Below, in pieces: positions 53,107-63,241 of a stretch of DNA of 64,000 nt. This DNA comes from Caecitellus pseudoparvulus. Lineage: Eukaryota; Protista; Bigyra: Bicosoecida. The DNA lies in contig CBFFRQ010000078.1 of assembly GCA_965644315.1 (NCBI GenBank), forward strand, positions 186,001 to 250,000. The letters are read 5' to 3'. Both the position numbers and the translations under genes were made by a program. The notes beneath the pieces were generated by a model. That model made no database searches. It worked only from the letters and a program-made list of their open reading frames with translations, and was not told where the DNA came from. Positions within the stretch are counted from its first letter, which is position 1. Every line of letters begins with the position of its first letter.

Positions 53107-56100
53107 ATGGTGAGTCCACTCGTTTGCTCCTGCGCTTGCCTTGTGCACTGTGCAGTGCGCTGAACATGAGGCGCGCTGCACTGCTGCGTCCTACCCTCAA
53201 CTCACTGCTCACGAGCTCTCACGAGTTCGTGGGCGGTGTGACGAGAGAACGCAAGGTGGTACTTGTGTGCTCGTGTACTGTCATTGCCCGGGCAAGCGGC
53301 AACCCACGTGTGTGGACTGCCTTTGCTGCCTGCGGAATTTGCAGCCAGTTCCGCCCCCTGCGTGGCATCTTGGCCAGCCCGAGCCCCACAGCGGTGCGAG
53401 GCCGGCCAGGTGCAGCAGGGGCCAACGACTGAGCATTCTTTCTTAGAGCGTGGGCTGGCTGTTCGAACCGTGGCGCGCCTCGCCGCAGCTTTGTTCATGT
53501 GCGCACCCCGCCAAGTGAAGTGACACGCCAGCACGTTCCGAGTTCCCCCTTCCTCGTCACAGGTGAACTTCACCGTCGACCAGATGCGCCACATCATGGA
53601 CTTTACGGATAACATCCGTAACATGTCCGTGATTGCGCACGTGGACCACGGCAAGTCCACCCTGACCGACTCCCTGGTCTCCAAGGCTGGCATTATCGCC
53701 GCCTCTCGTGCCGGTGACGCTCGCTTCACCGACACCCGCGCTGATGAGCAGGAGCGTGCCATCACCATCAAGTCCACCGGTGTGTCCATGTACTTCGAGT
53801 ACGACTACAAGACCGAGCTGGCTCTTGATGCCGCCGACGAGGCTGAGCTCGCTGGCAAGGACAAGACCACCGAGGAGGAGGCTGAGGCCGCCGCCCAGCC
53901 CGATGGCGAGGAGGAGGAGATTGAGCTCGCTGAGGACAAGTCTTTCCTCATCAACCTGATCGACTCCCCAGGCCACGTTGACTTCTCTTCTGAGGTCACT
54001 GCTGCCCTGCGTGTCACCGATGGTGCCCTGGTCGTCGTGGACTGCAAGTCCGGTGTCTGCGTGCAGACCGAGACCGTGCTGCGCCAGGCCATCACTGAGC
54101 GCATCCGCCCCGTGCTCATGCTGAACAAGCTGGACCTGGTCATCCTGTCCCTGAAGCTGGACCCCGAGGATGCTTTCTCCAAGTTCCAGAAGGCCATCGA
54201 GTCCGTGAACGTCATCATCGCCACCTACGGTGGTGAGGAGATCGAGAAGATCATGGGCGTCAAGATGCAGGTTGCCCCCGAGTACGGCACCGTGGCCATG
54301 GGCTCCGGCCTGCACGCCTGGGGTTTCACCCTCAAGAACTTCGCCAAGGTGTACGCCCGCAAGATGAAGACCTCCCGAGGCAAGATGCTGAAGCGTCTCT
54401 GGGGCAACAACTTCCTCAAGGCCGGCGGAGGCAAGTGGACCAACAAGGCCGAGAGCGATGGCCAGAAGAACGTCCGTGGCTTCGTCAAGCTCATCTACGA
54501 ACCCATCTGCAAGGTCATCGACGCGGCCCTGAACAACCGCATGGAGAAGCTGGAGAAGATGCTCAAGTCCCTGGGCGTCAAGCTGACCACCGAGGAGCGC
54601 GGCCTGCGCGACAAGCCCCTCATGAAGCGCGTCATGCAGAAGTGGCTGCCCGCTGGCGATGCCGTTCTGGAGATGATTGTGCTGCACCTGCCCTCTCCCC
54701 GTGTCGCCCAGAAGTACCGCACTGAGGCGCTGTACGAAGGCCCCGATGACGATGAGGCTGCCATCGCCATGCGCAGCTGCGACTCCAGCGGCCCCCTGAT
54801 GATGTACATCTCCAAGATGGTGCCCACCGGCGATGGTGGCCGCTTCTACGCTTTCGGCCGTGTCTTCTCTGGCAAGATCTCCACCGGCATGAAGGCCCGC
54901 ATCATGGGCCCCAACTACGTGCCCGGCAAGAAGACCGACCTGTTCGTGAAGAACATCCAGCGCACTGTCATCATGATGGGCAACAAGGCCGAGGCTGTCC
55001 CTGACATCCCCGCCGGGAACACCTGCGCCCTGGTCGGTGTGGACCAGTACCTGATCAAGTCCGGTACCATCACCACCTTCGAGGGTGCCCACTGCATGAA
55101 GATGATGAAGTTCTCCGTGTCTCCCGTCGTGCGTGTGGCCGTCGAGCCCAAGAACGCCGCTGACCTGCCCAAGCTGGTCGAGGGCCTCAAGCGCCTGGCC
55201 AAGTCCGACCCCATGGTGCAGATCACCTCCACTGAGTCTGGTGAGCAGATCATTGCCGGTGCCGGCGAGCTGCACTTGGAGATTTGCCTGAAGGATCTGC
55301 AGGAGGACTTCATGAAGGGTGCCCCCATCCGCGTCTCCGAGCCCGTCGTGTCTTACCGTGAGACCGTCACCGAGCGCTCCAGCGAGGTGTGCCTGTCCAA
55401 GTCTGCCAACAAGCACAACCGCCTGCACTGCGTCGTGGAGCCCATGGGCATGGACCTGCAGGAGGCCATTGAGGACGGCAAGATCGTCTCCAACCCCAAG
55501 GACGTCAAGGCCCAGACCAAGGTGCTGGGCGAGGACTACGGCCTGGTCGTGGACCCCAAGCGCCTGTGGGCCTTCGCCCCAGACACCAACGGCCCCAACC
55601 TCCTCATCGACGAGACCTCCGGTGTGCAGTACCTGAACGAGGTCAAGGAGTCCATCAACGCTGGCTTCCAGTGGGGCTGCAAGAACGGCCCTCTGTGCGA
55701 CGAGTCCGTGCGTGGCGTGTACCTCAAGGTGCAGGATGTCACCCTGCACGCTGACTCCATCCATCGCGGCATGGGCCAGGTCATGCCCACCGCTCGCCGT
55801 GTCCTGTTCGCCTCCATGTACCTGGCTGCCCCCACCCTCATGGAGCCCGTCTTCCTGGCTGAGATTTCCGTCCCCAACGACGAGACTGGCGGTGTCTACT
55901 CTGCCCTGGCCCTGCGCCGAGGCAACGTCGAGGAGGAGATCCCCGTGGACGGCACCCCCATGCTGAACATGCGCGCCTTCCTGCCTGTGAACGAGTCTTT
56001 CGGCTTCGACACTGCCCTGCGCGCTGCCACCGGTGGCAAGGCCTTCCCTCAGTGCACCTTCGACCACTGGGACGTCATGTCCGGCAACCCCCTGGAGGAG

Positions 56101-56196
56101 GGCAACAAGGTCTACGAGCTCGTGCGCGCCACCCGTGAGCGCAAGGCACTCAAGGCTGACCTGCCCCCCCTGGACACCTACAAGGACAAGATGTAA
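53107..56196 (+). CDS. EEF2: Eukaryotic translation elongation factor 2
   Basis: ATG 53107-53109, then intron 53110-53562, then [37 protein letters not shown] and diphthamide loop [11 protein letters not shown]; strongly biased codons. Confidence 0.97.
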
Positions 56197-56298
56197 AGTG
56201 CTTGCCCCTCACTTGCCGTGTCCCTGCAATTCATCCGCAATTGCCTGCTATGCAGCACGCCGTGCTGCCGTCAAGGCGGGCTGTTGGAGGCAGACGTC

Positions 56299-57951
56299 AT
56301 GACCAGCTTGGTGCGATTTCCGCATGCCACTCATGGCGCCGCGGCTTGGCTCCTCCGGGCCCCAGCAGGCTGCGCTGCCCGCTGCATGACGTCATCCCTG
56401 CCAGTTGTGCGAGATGCTGCTCCCCCAGTGGCAGCAAGTCAGCCAACAAAGGCGGTGACCCGCCTGCTGGACGCCGTGTGTGCGAGCTGGGGCGCCCGCA
56501 GCACGGCGGCGCACCTGTCAGCGCTGCTGCATGCGCTGTTGCCGTCGAGGGCGCTGCCTTCTGCACCCTCCCTGCAGCGCCTAGCTTGGCTCACTCGGCA
56601 CCGCCCTGCTGACGCCACTTCAGGCGCCTTAGCGGCAGCGCTGCTGCTGCTGCTGGCAGCCAGGGGCAGCGCCGTGGCCAGTCTGCCTCTGCCCACAGTG
56701 AGGGGGGCGCTGGACGCCGCGACGCCTGCCCTCGTCGCTGCGTTGGATGCAGCGGCTCCAGTGCCTGCATCGGCAGCCCTTGTGTGCAGCTTGGCCGCTG
56801 CAACGCTGCAGGCAGAGCACGGCCATGCCGCCTGTCCCTCGCCGTGGCTGCGCGAAGCCACGCAGCGTGCCTGCCAGGCAGCAGGGCGCCTGCCGGAAGA
56901 AGGCACCATCGTGGGGCACGAAGCCATTCTTCGTGCTGTGGGGCGTGTGCTGGCGGGGGGGGCGCCGTCTCAGCCGCTGCCCCCCCCCAGGACGCCCCCT
57001 GCCGCCACCCTCCTCCTCGCCGCCGCCGCCTCCTGCGCCCTGCGTGGACAAGGCCCTCAGCACAGCGCAGCCAGCCTTGATGCTTGCAGGAAGCTGGCAG
57101 AAGGCGCTGTGGGCGCTTGGGCGTGCCTTCATGCCGACTTGGCCGACTTGCCCAGCGCCTCAGCGCTCCCTCAACCGGCGGCGCCACGTCTGCCCCCGCA
57201 CTTGGCTTGGCGCATGCGCCTGCGCCGAGCTGCCATGAGCGGGGCGCTGCTGCCTCAGGAGGAGCGCGTGCCCCCTGGCGTCCCCTTGGCTGAAGCCCTC
57301 TTGGCGTGGGACATGGGCGGGGGGGTCTTCCGCCACGCACCAGGGGCTTGGACTTCGGCGGTGGCCTCCGCCTGGCCCTGTCCCGTGCGTGCCCTGCCTA
57401 GCCTGCAGTGGGAGGCAGGTAGTGGCGCCCGTGTGGAGCCCCCCCCTGGGGACGCCTACGAGGCACTGTGCGTGGACCTGCTGCTGCCCAGCTTGCCAGT
57501 GCCCCGGACTTGCACCGTACAGGCTGCCGTGGAGGAGGCGGCAGTGCCCCAGCCCGCACAGGATGCCGCACCAACTGAGCCCCCCACACCGCCTGCCGTG
57601 GGAATAGGGGGGCTGGCGGCTTGGGAGTACGACGTGTGGCTTGGCTTCGGAGACGCGGGGGGGGCGCTGCTGGCGGCTGGGCGGCGGGTGGCGCAGTCCC
57701 TGCTGGCGCCGGAGCAGCGTGGCAGCACGTCAGCCGTGACGCCAGGCGAGGGTGGGGTTGACGGCAGTGGGCCCCCACAGCGCCGTGTGGAGGGCGTGGT
57801 CTTGAACCAGGTGCCTCGTCTGGTCGTGGAGGCCGCGCGGCCGTGGCCCACGGAGGTGCAGGCTGCGCTGGCTGCCTTGACCCGGGACGACGCCCCCCCC
57901 GCACCCAGTGCGTGGCCTGCCACCCCGCACAGCACGGCCAAGAATGCATAA
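56299..57951 (+). CDS. Hypothetical Ala/Leu/Pro-rich protein
   Basis: Long open frame (56218-57951); first ATG at 56299, only ~100 bp after the eEF2 stop. The start is uncertain and no family was recognised. Confidence 0.4.
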   Translation: MTSLVRFPHATHGAAAWLLRAPAGCAARCMTSSLPVVRDAAPPVAASQPTKAVTRLLDAVCASWGARSTAAHLSALLHALLPSRALPSAPSLQRLAWLTRHRPADATSGALAAALLLLLAARGSAVASLPLPTVRGALDAATPALVAALDAAAPVPASAALVCSLAAATLQAEHGHAACPSPWLREATQRACQAAGRLPEEGTIVGHEAILRAVGRVLAGGAPSQPLPPPRTPPAATLLLAAAASCALRGQGPQHSAASLDACRKLAEGAVGAWACLHADLADLPSASALPQPAAPRLPPHLAWRMRLRRAAMSGALLPQEERVPPGVPLAEALLAWDMGGGVFRHAPGAWTSAVASAWPCPVRALPSLQWEAGSGARVEPPPGDAYEALCVDLLLPSLPVPRTCTVQAAVEEAAVPQPAQDAAPTEPPTPPAVGIGGLAAWEYDVWLGFGDAGGALLAAGRRVAQSLLAPEQRGSTSAVTPGEGGVDGSGPPQRRVEGVVLNQVPRLVVEAARPWPTEVQAALAALTRDDAPPAPSAWPATPHSTAKNA

Positions 57952-58445
57952 ATCCCAGTATATCCTGACACACCTGCCTGTGTCGTCGCTCGCTGCCCCG
58001 CCGTGCCCCGCCCCTCCGGCGTGCACCTGCGACAGCACCAGTGCCGCCCAGCGTGCCGCAAGCCAGCCCGCTGCGCAGTGCGCAGGGCCTGTCTCCCCCT
58101 GCTTGAACCGTGCGTTATGTGTGTGTGTTTCGCCCTCCTAGTGTGTCCTTGTCACCTCTCAAGCTCTGTGGGGCAGGGGAACGCGCGGCCTGTCCGCCGC
58201 GCGGGATGCACTGCACTTGCCGTCGTGGTGTTGCACCGTGGTGCACGTTGGAGCGCTGCGCCAGCAGCTTCAGCCACAGTGCCCAGGTGGGCGCATGACA
58301 TGAGCAACACTCCTTGGACTTGTCCTGTGTGCCTGCCCCCCCGTGCCGCTCTCTTGGCTTGGTGTAGCGCGCAGCGCAGCCGCACTTGCGATGAGCGGAA
58401 ACTGCACCCTGCACTTTGCGTCGACGCCGCCGCTCCCTCCACAGC

Positions 58446-60671
58446 ATGGCCTCTGTCAGCGCACGCTCCGAGGGAGGTGCCTCCCAGGCAGGGCGTTCAT
58501 TCGCCCCTGACCGCATGGATGCCAGCTTCTTGCGCCTGGGGCGCATGACACCCTCCGTCATGCGCCGGGTGCAGTATGAGCGAGGCATCGATGCACTGTT
58601 TGCAAGCTTCCCGAAGAGCGACCAGCTGGCCATCCGTCAGCTGTGTTTCGAGTACCTGGACGTCAAGCACCGCCGGCAGCTGGTCCTGAAGCGCCTGGGC
58701 ACGGAGTCCTTCCCCCACGGCAAGCCGGAGGTGCTGCTCACCATCGAGCAGCAGGCGGCTGACGCTGAGTCCTTGCTGCGCCGCAAGGCCGGCTCCGCGT
58801 ACGGCTCCCTCGTGGCTGCCCTGGAAGACCCTGAGATCCAGGAGGCCATGGCCACCAGCAACCCCTTCACGGAGGAGGAGGAGGTGGAGGAGGGCAGCCA
58901 AGCGCGTGTCTGGCGCCGCCGCCTGGCCAACCGCAGCTGGAAGCGCGTGGCGAAGGGGTACCGCAGCACGACGCACGACCACCCCACACGCTCGGGCAGC
59001 CGCAGCATCTGGCAGGCCATCAACACGTACGATGACACGCAGGAGCTGTCGTACTACCAGAAGCAGCAGTTGAAGTACGGCGCGGGGCGTCGCGGCAGCA
59101 CCGCCGTGGCAGGGTCCTGGGAGCAGATCTGGGGCACAGACACGGCACCCAAGCCCGCCCAAGCCACCATAACGTCCAAAGAAGAGCCCTCCGTCGCGGC
59201 GGCGGCGGCGGCAGCAGCGGAGGCGAAGGCGCTCTCTGGCCCCGACGCCCAGTACATCACGCCGGGCCAGCACGCGGCATCCCAGGCGGAGTGGGCGAGC
59301 TCCCAGCCGAGGCCGTCGCCGCCCCAGGCACCTGCTGGCGCACCAAGCAGCGTCTCTGACGAAGCCATCCAGGCCCTCCTGGACCAGGCCTCCACTGTCG
59401 TGTCTGAGTATGCGGCAGAGACGGGCGACTCCAGCGTCTTGCAGGCGCCGCCCCCGCCCCCAGACACAGCGGCACTGCTGCAACAAGCAGACGCTGTGGC
59501 TGCCTCTGCGTCCTCCCCCCCTCCGCCGCCGGCCTCGTCCAGTGGTGCACAGGCAGGCCCCCCCCCACCTCGCCCCGTGGCGGCGGCCGCCTCCTACCGC
59601 CCAGCCACGCTGTCCACTGCGCCTGACGCCACGGAGCCCGTCAGGCGCCGTGAGTCGGTGGGGGGCATGACCCAGCGCACAGCCGCCAAGAGCGTCGGGG
59701 CCCGCAGCGTCGGCGGTGCCAGCCAGGCCTTCACGCTGTCGGGGGATGCCGCGAACGCCATCCTGCCAGTGGTGCGGACGACGCCCAGCGCCGCCGCCAA
59801 GCGAGCCAAGAGCAAGGGCCTGGAGGCCGTCATGGCCCGCCACGGTGTGCGAGAGCAACACATGATCCGGGAGATGGCGTTGGATGTGGCGGAGCTCCTG
59901 CACCGCATCGAGACCATCGAGAGCCGGCTGGCGGAAGACCCCCTGTACGACGAAGCCGTCAGCGAGCCGCCCGAGGTGCTGGGCCTGCTGGAGGATGAGC
60001 TGGCCGAGGCGAAGGAGCGCATGTACGAGCGCCTGGAGCCAGATGAGGTCAGCATCATCCTCAGCAGCCTCTCTGACGCGGACACTCGCATGGAAATGGG
60101 CCTGGTGCCGGAGTCTGAGGAGTGGGCGCAGAGCGAGGGGGAGGACGCCGCTCGTGTGTGGCGCCGCAAGATCCTGCGCATGAAGCACCAGAAAATCTCC
60201 CGTGGCAGGTACACGGGCATGCACGACACCATCACCCCTGATGGCGGCCGGGACCTGTGGAACGAACTGAACACGCGGGACCCTGACGCCGGCCAGTCGT
60301 ACTACCAGAAGCAGCAGCGCAAGTATGGGCGGGGGCGACGCGGCAGCACCGCCATCGCAGGCGCGTGGGCGGTGTTCTTCGCCGAGCAGGACGCCGAGGC
60401 GGCAGAGGAGGCCCACAGGGCTGAGCTGGAGGTGATGGGCGGTGCGCGCAGCAGCGGCGGCGGCGGGCACACTCCGCAGCGCTCCAGTGGCGTGACGAGC
60501 GCTGCCGCTGCCCCTGCGCCTCCACTGTCCCCAGACGCCCTGGATGAGGCAGCTATGGCCAAGCTCATGGAGGAGGCCAAGGCTGGGAACATGGACGCCA
60601 TCATGGACCATGTCCGGCAGCTCATGGCGGAGCAGCAGTCTGGCGCGTCGCCTGGCAAAGCCAGCCCGTAA
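58446..60671 (+). CDS. Uncharacterised protein with two copies of a ~200 aa internal domain
   Basis: ATG 58446; GC3-biased codons; two homologous blocks ending SYYQKQQxKYGxGRRGSTAxAGxW, separated by a Pro/Ala linker. Confidence 0.75.
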   Translation: MASVSARSEGGASQAGRSFAPDRMDASFLRLGRMTPSVMRRVQYERGIDALFASFPKSDQLAIRQLCFEYLDVKHRRQLVLKRLGTESFPHGKPEVLLTIEQQAADAESLLRRKAGSAYGSLVAALEDPEIQEAMATSNPFTEEEEVEEGSQARVWRRRLANRSWKRVAKGYRSTTHDHPTRSGSRSIWQAINTYDDTQELSYYQKQQLKYGAGRRGSTAVAGSWEQIWGTDTAPKPAQATITSKEEPSVAAAAAAAAEAKALSGPDAQYITPGQHAASQAEWASSQPRPSPPQAPAGAPSSVSDEAIQALLDQASTVVSEYAAETGDSSVLQAPPPPPDTAALLQQADAVAASASSPPPPPASSSGAQAGPPPPRPVAAAASYRPATLSTAPDATEPVRRRESVGGMTQRTAAKSVGARSVGGASQAFTLSGDAANAILPVVRTTPSAAAKRAKSKGLEAVMARHGVREQHMIREMALDVAELLHRIETIESRLAEDPLYDEAVSEPPEVLGLLEDELAEAKERMYERLEPDEVSIILSSLSDADTRMEMGLVPESEEWAQSEGEDAARVWRRKILRMKHQKISRGRYTGMHDTITPDGGRDLWNELNTRDPDAGQSYYQKQQRKYGRGRRGSTAIAGAWAVFFAEQDAEAAEEAHRAELEVMGGARSSGGGGHTPQRSSGVTSAAAAPAPPLSPDALDEAAMAKLMEEAKAGNMDAIMDHVRQLMAEQQSGASPGKASP

Positions 60672-60870
60672 GGCGAATGCGCAGACCCCCTGTCCAGGGC
60701 ATGCCAGCGCGCTGGCTCTGGAGCATTGACTGACACCTTCGCACAATTGCAGTGTTCCCTTCGTGCGCTTCAGGCCCCAGTCCTGCAATGCAGCCACTGC
60801 TTCCACGCGCAGCACCAGTCGCAGCACCGTCGCCTGCAGGTCTCCTGCATCGCTACGGCGGGCTGCCAAG

Positions 60871-62150
60871 ATGGCTGCCGTGCAGGCGCGAGCAGAAGAG
60901 CTCAAAGCGCAGGGAAATGCAGAGTTCAAGGCTGGGCAATATGCTGCTGCGGTGCGCCTGTACAGCCAGGTGGGTGTGCGGTATTTGCGCAGAGAACCAC
61001 CTGCCAGGCGCGGCTGTCACTGCCCAGGGCTCCCGCGCAGGCCTTGGAGTTGCACCCCCGGAACGAAGTGTACCTGTCAAATCGGTCTGCTGCAAACCTT
61101 GCCCTTGGCAAGCCGAAGGCCGCCATGCAGGATGCCGAGGCTGCTGTCGCAGCCAAGCCATCGTGGATCAAGGGCTACACTCGTTTGGGTGCAGCCCAAA
61201 CAGCAGCAGGGCTCCATGCCGAGGCAACTGCGACGTATCGACGAGCTTTGCGCCTGGACCCGCTGAATACGAGCCTTTCGGTGGCGCTGGGCCAGGCCAT
61301 GGTGGCTGCCAAAGCAGCGCCGGCTGGATCGCCAGCTGCCGGCGAAGGCGGGGAGGGCGCAGGTGAGGAGGAGGGGGGAGACGCGGACGCCCTCGGTGCA
61401 TTTTTTGGGGAAGTGGAGGCGCTGGCCAAGAGCAGCGCCCGCGCCAAGCGTGCGGCCAAGCAGGAGTTCGTGCCCGGCCCTGCCGACGCGGAGGTGGCCC
61501 GGCTCACCGGTGAGCACAGCATGTGGCGCAACCTGAACCCGCTCTTCGTGCTGGGCTTGCCAGTGGACCATGAGGAGGAGGACATCAAGCGGCACTACCG
61601 CAAACTCAGCGCGGTGGTGCATCCTGACAAGTGCAAGCTGGAGGCTGCCACGGCTGCCTTCGAGGCAGTCAAAGCTGCCTATGCGATCCTGCAAGACCCA
61701 GAGCGGCGGGCGGCTGTGTTGGATATTCACAGGGAAGCTGAGGAAGAGGCCAAGCGCACGTTGAAGCGCATGCGCAAGCGAGGCACGCCTGACTCTGACA
61801 TGCCCAGTGAGGCGGAGGAGGTACAGCGGGAGGTGCAGCGGCGGTTTGCAGAGATCGAGCGCAAGAAGCGCAAGTTTGAGAAGCGCCTCGCATCCAAGGC
61901 AGCTCGCGATGCAGAGGAAGAGAGCACGGCGAAGGAAGTGGAGGCAGAGGTGAAGGCGGAGGAGGCGGTGTGGGAGGAGAAGCGCCTGAACCGCTTCTCG
62001 AACTGGCAGGGCTTCAAGGGCGCCAAGAAGCGGCGCCTGGGCGGCATCAAGAACGACAGCATTCGCTATGGTGTCAAGGCGGCCGAGGCAGCCAAGGCCG
62101 ACACAGTCTCTGCTGCGGATGAGAAGGTCTTCAAGAGCAAGTGGAGGTGA
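60871..62150 (+). CDS. TPR + J-domain protein (DNAJC8/Spf31-like C-terminal part)
   Basis: ATG 60871; intron 60970-61040. Carboxylate-clamp-type TPR (KAQGNAEFK..Y..A, YLSNRSAA, WIKGYTR), J-domain NLNPLFVL...YRKLSAVVHPDK and tail WEEKRLNRFSNWQGF. Confidence 0.85.
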
Positions 62151-62176
62151 ATTGCCCGCCACACCCCGCCGCGCGC

Positions 62177-63241
62177 TCAGGCTTGCGCAGCCGCTGCAGT
62201 GGAGGCACTGGAGCCATACGATGAAGCAGCCGTGGCACTACCAGCCGTGGCGCCCTCTCCTTCGCCGCCCTCGCCAGGGCTGCCCCCCCCTTGCTCTGGG
62301 CGCTCCATGAGGCGTGTGCGGGCAGCGTCCTCCCGCTCTCCTCGGCAGAACACGTACAGAACCAGCAGCACCGGCACACCCACGAAGGCTGCCGTGAGGC
62401 CGAATGCCACCCCTAGCCCAGCCGGCCCTGCAAAGGCAGGTGCGCTTTGGAATGCTCGTGGGGTTCTGGAAGGCGTCGTGGGCGTGGGGGTGGAGGAAGG
62501 GGGGGCGCTGGGGGACACGGACGGGGAGGGGGAGGGCGTGGACGATGCCTGGATGCACACAGCCGCGTCCAGGCACTGCGCGTACACCTCGAAGTTCGGC
62601 CCGTCCGACTGGCGCACCGCTGGGCGGCCGCCATCCAAGTCGGCAGAGCAAGACAGGCCAGTGTCCAGGTCCTGGCCGAGCGGCAGTTGCAGTGTGGACA
62701 GGCCGCTGCTGGAGCCACCAACGCAGTCAGGTGTGCTGGGCACCAGCACTTCCACTGTCATGTTTGCAGTGCAGCCCCCCCCCGCGCCAGGCGCGAGACA
62801 ATTCAGCCACACACACGCGCCGCCGTACTCCGCACCTTCCGCCGTGAAAGGCAGGTCTGCCATGGTGGCCTGCGCCCACGCCATGGAGGGGGCGCCGCCT
62901 CCGAAAGCCTGCAGTGCCACCGTCTTGTAGAAACTCCCGCTGGGAAGGGAGGCGTCTGTCGTGTTGCCGCAGCCTGGCGCCAAGGTAGACCCCACCTGCA
63001 GCTGCAGCGAATCTCCAGCAGCGTTCTGCACCACAGCGCTGAACCTAGACACCGCGCCACACTCCACACCACCTGAAGGTAGCCCCACAGACACACGGTG
63101 TTCACCAGCGCCTCCGCTGAATGCGGCTGTGCTTGTCAGTGCCACATCTGCGTTGGGCAGGGCTGGGGGCTGGCTGGCTGCTCGCTGCGCCAGGCAAGCA
63201 ATGCTTGCCGCAAGCAGCACATGACGCAACAAGCGAGCCAT
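62177..63241 (-). CDS. Type I single-pass cell-surface protein
   Basis: Signal peptide (MARLLRHVLLAASIACLAQRAAS), Cys-containing ectodomain, (SP/TP)n stalk, TM helix (LGVAFGLTAAFVGVPVLLVLYVFC) and short tail. Confidence 0.7.
   Translation of the reverse strand: MARLLRHVLLAASIACLAQRAASQPPALPNADVALTSTAAFSGGAGEHRVSVGLPSGGVECGAVSRFSAVVQNAAGDSLQLQVGSTLAPGCGNTTDASLPSGSFYKTVALQAFGGGAPSMAWAQATMADLPFTAEGAEYGGACVWLNCLAPGAGGGCTANMTVEVLVPSTPDCVGGSSSGLSTLQLPLGQDLDTGLSCSADLDGGRPAVRQSDGPNFEVYAQCLDAAVCIQASSTPSPSPSVSPSAPPSSTPTPTTPSRTPRAFQSAPAFAGPAGLGVAFGLTAAFVGVPVLLVLYVFCRGEREDAARTRLMERPEQGGGSPGEGGEGEGATAGSATAASSYGSSASTAAAAQA

Noticed and set aside
52349-53562. Possible C/D-box snoRNAs in the RPL14/eEF2 interval and the eEF2 first intron
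   Set aside because: Only degenerate C-box-like words (GTGACGA, GTGATGT) were found, with no suitably spaced CTGA box or terminal stem. A covariance-model search is needed.
53557-56067. 836 aa minus-strand ORF
   Set aside because: Antisense shadow of the highly codon-biased eEF2 gene.
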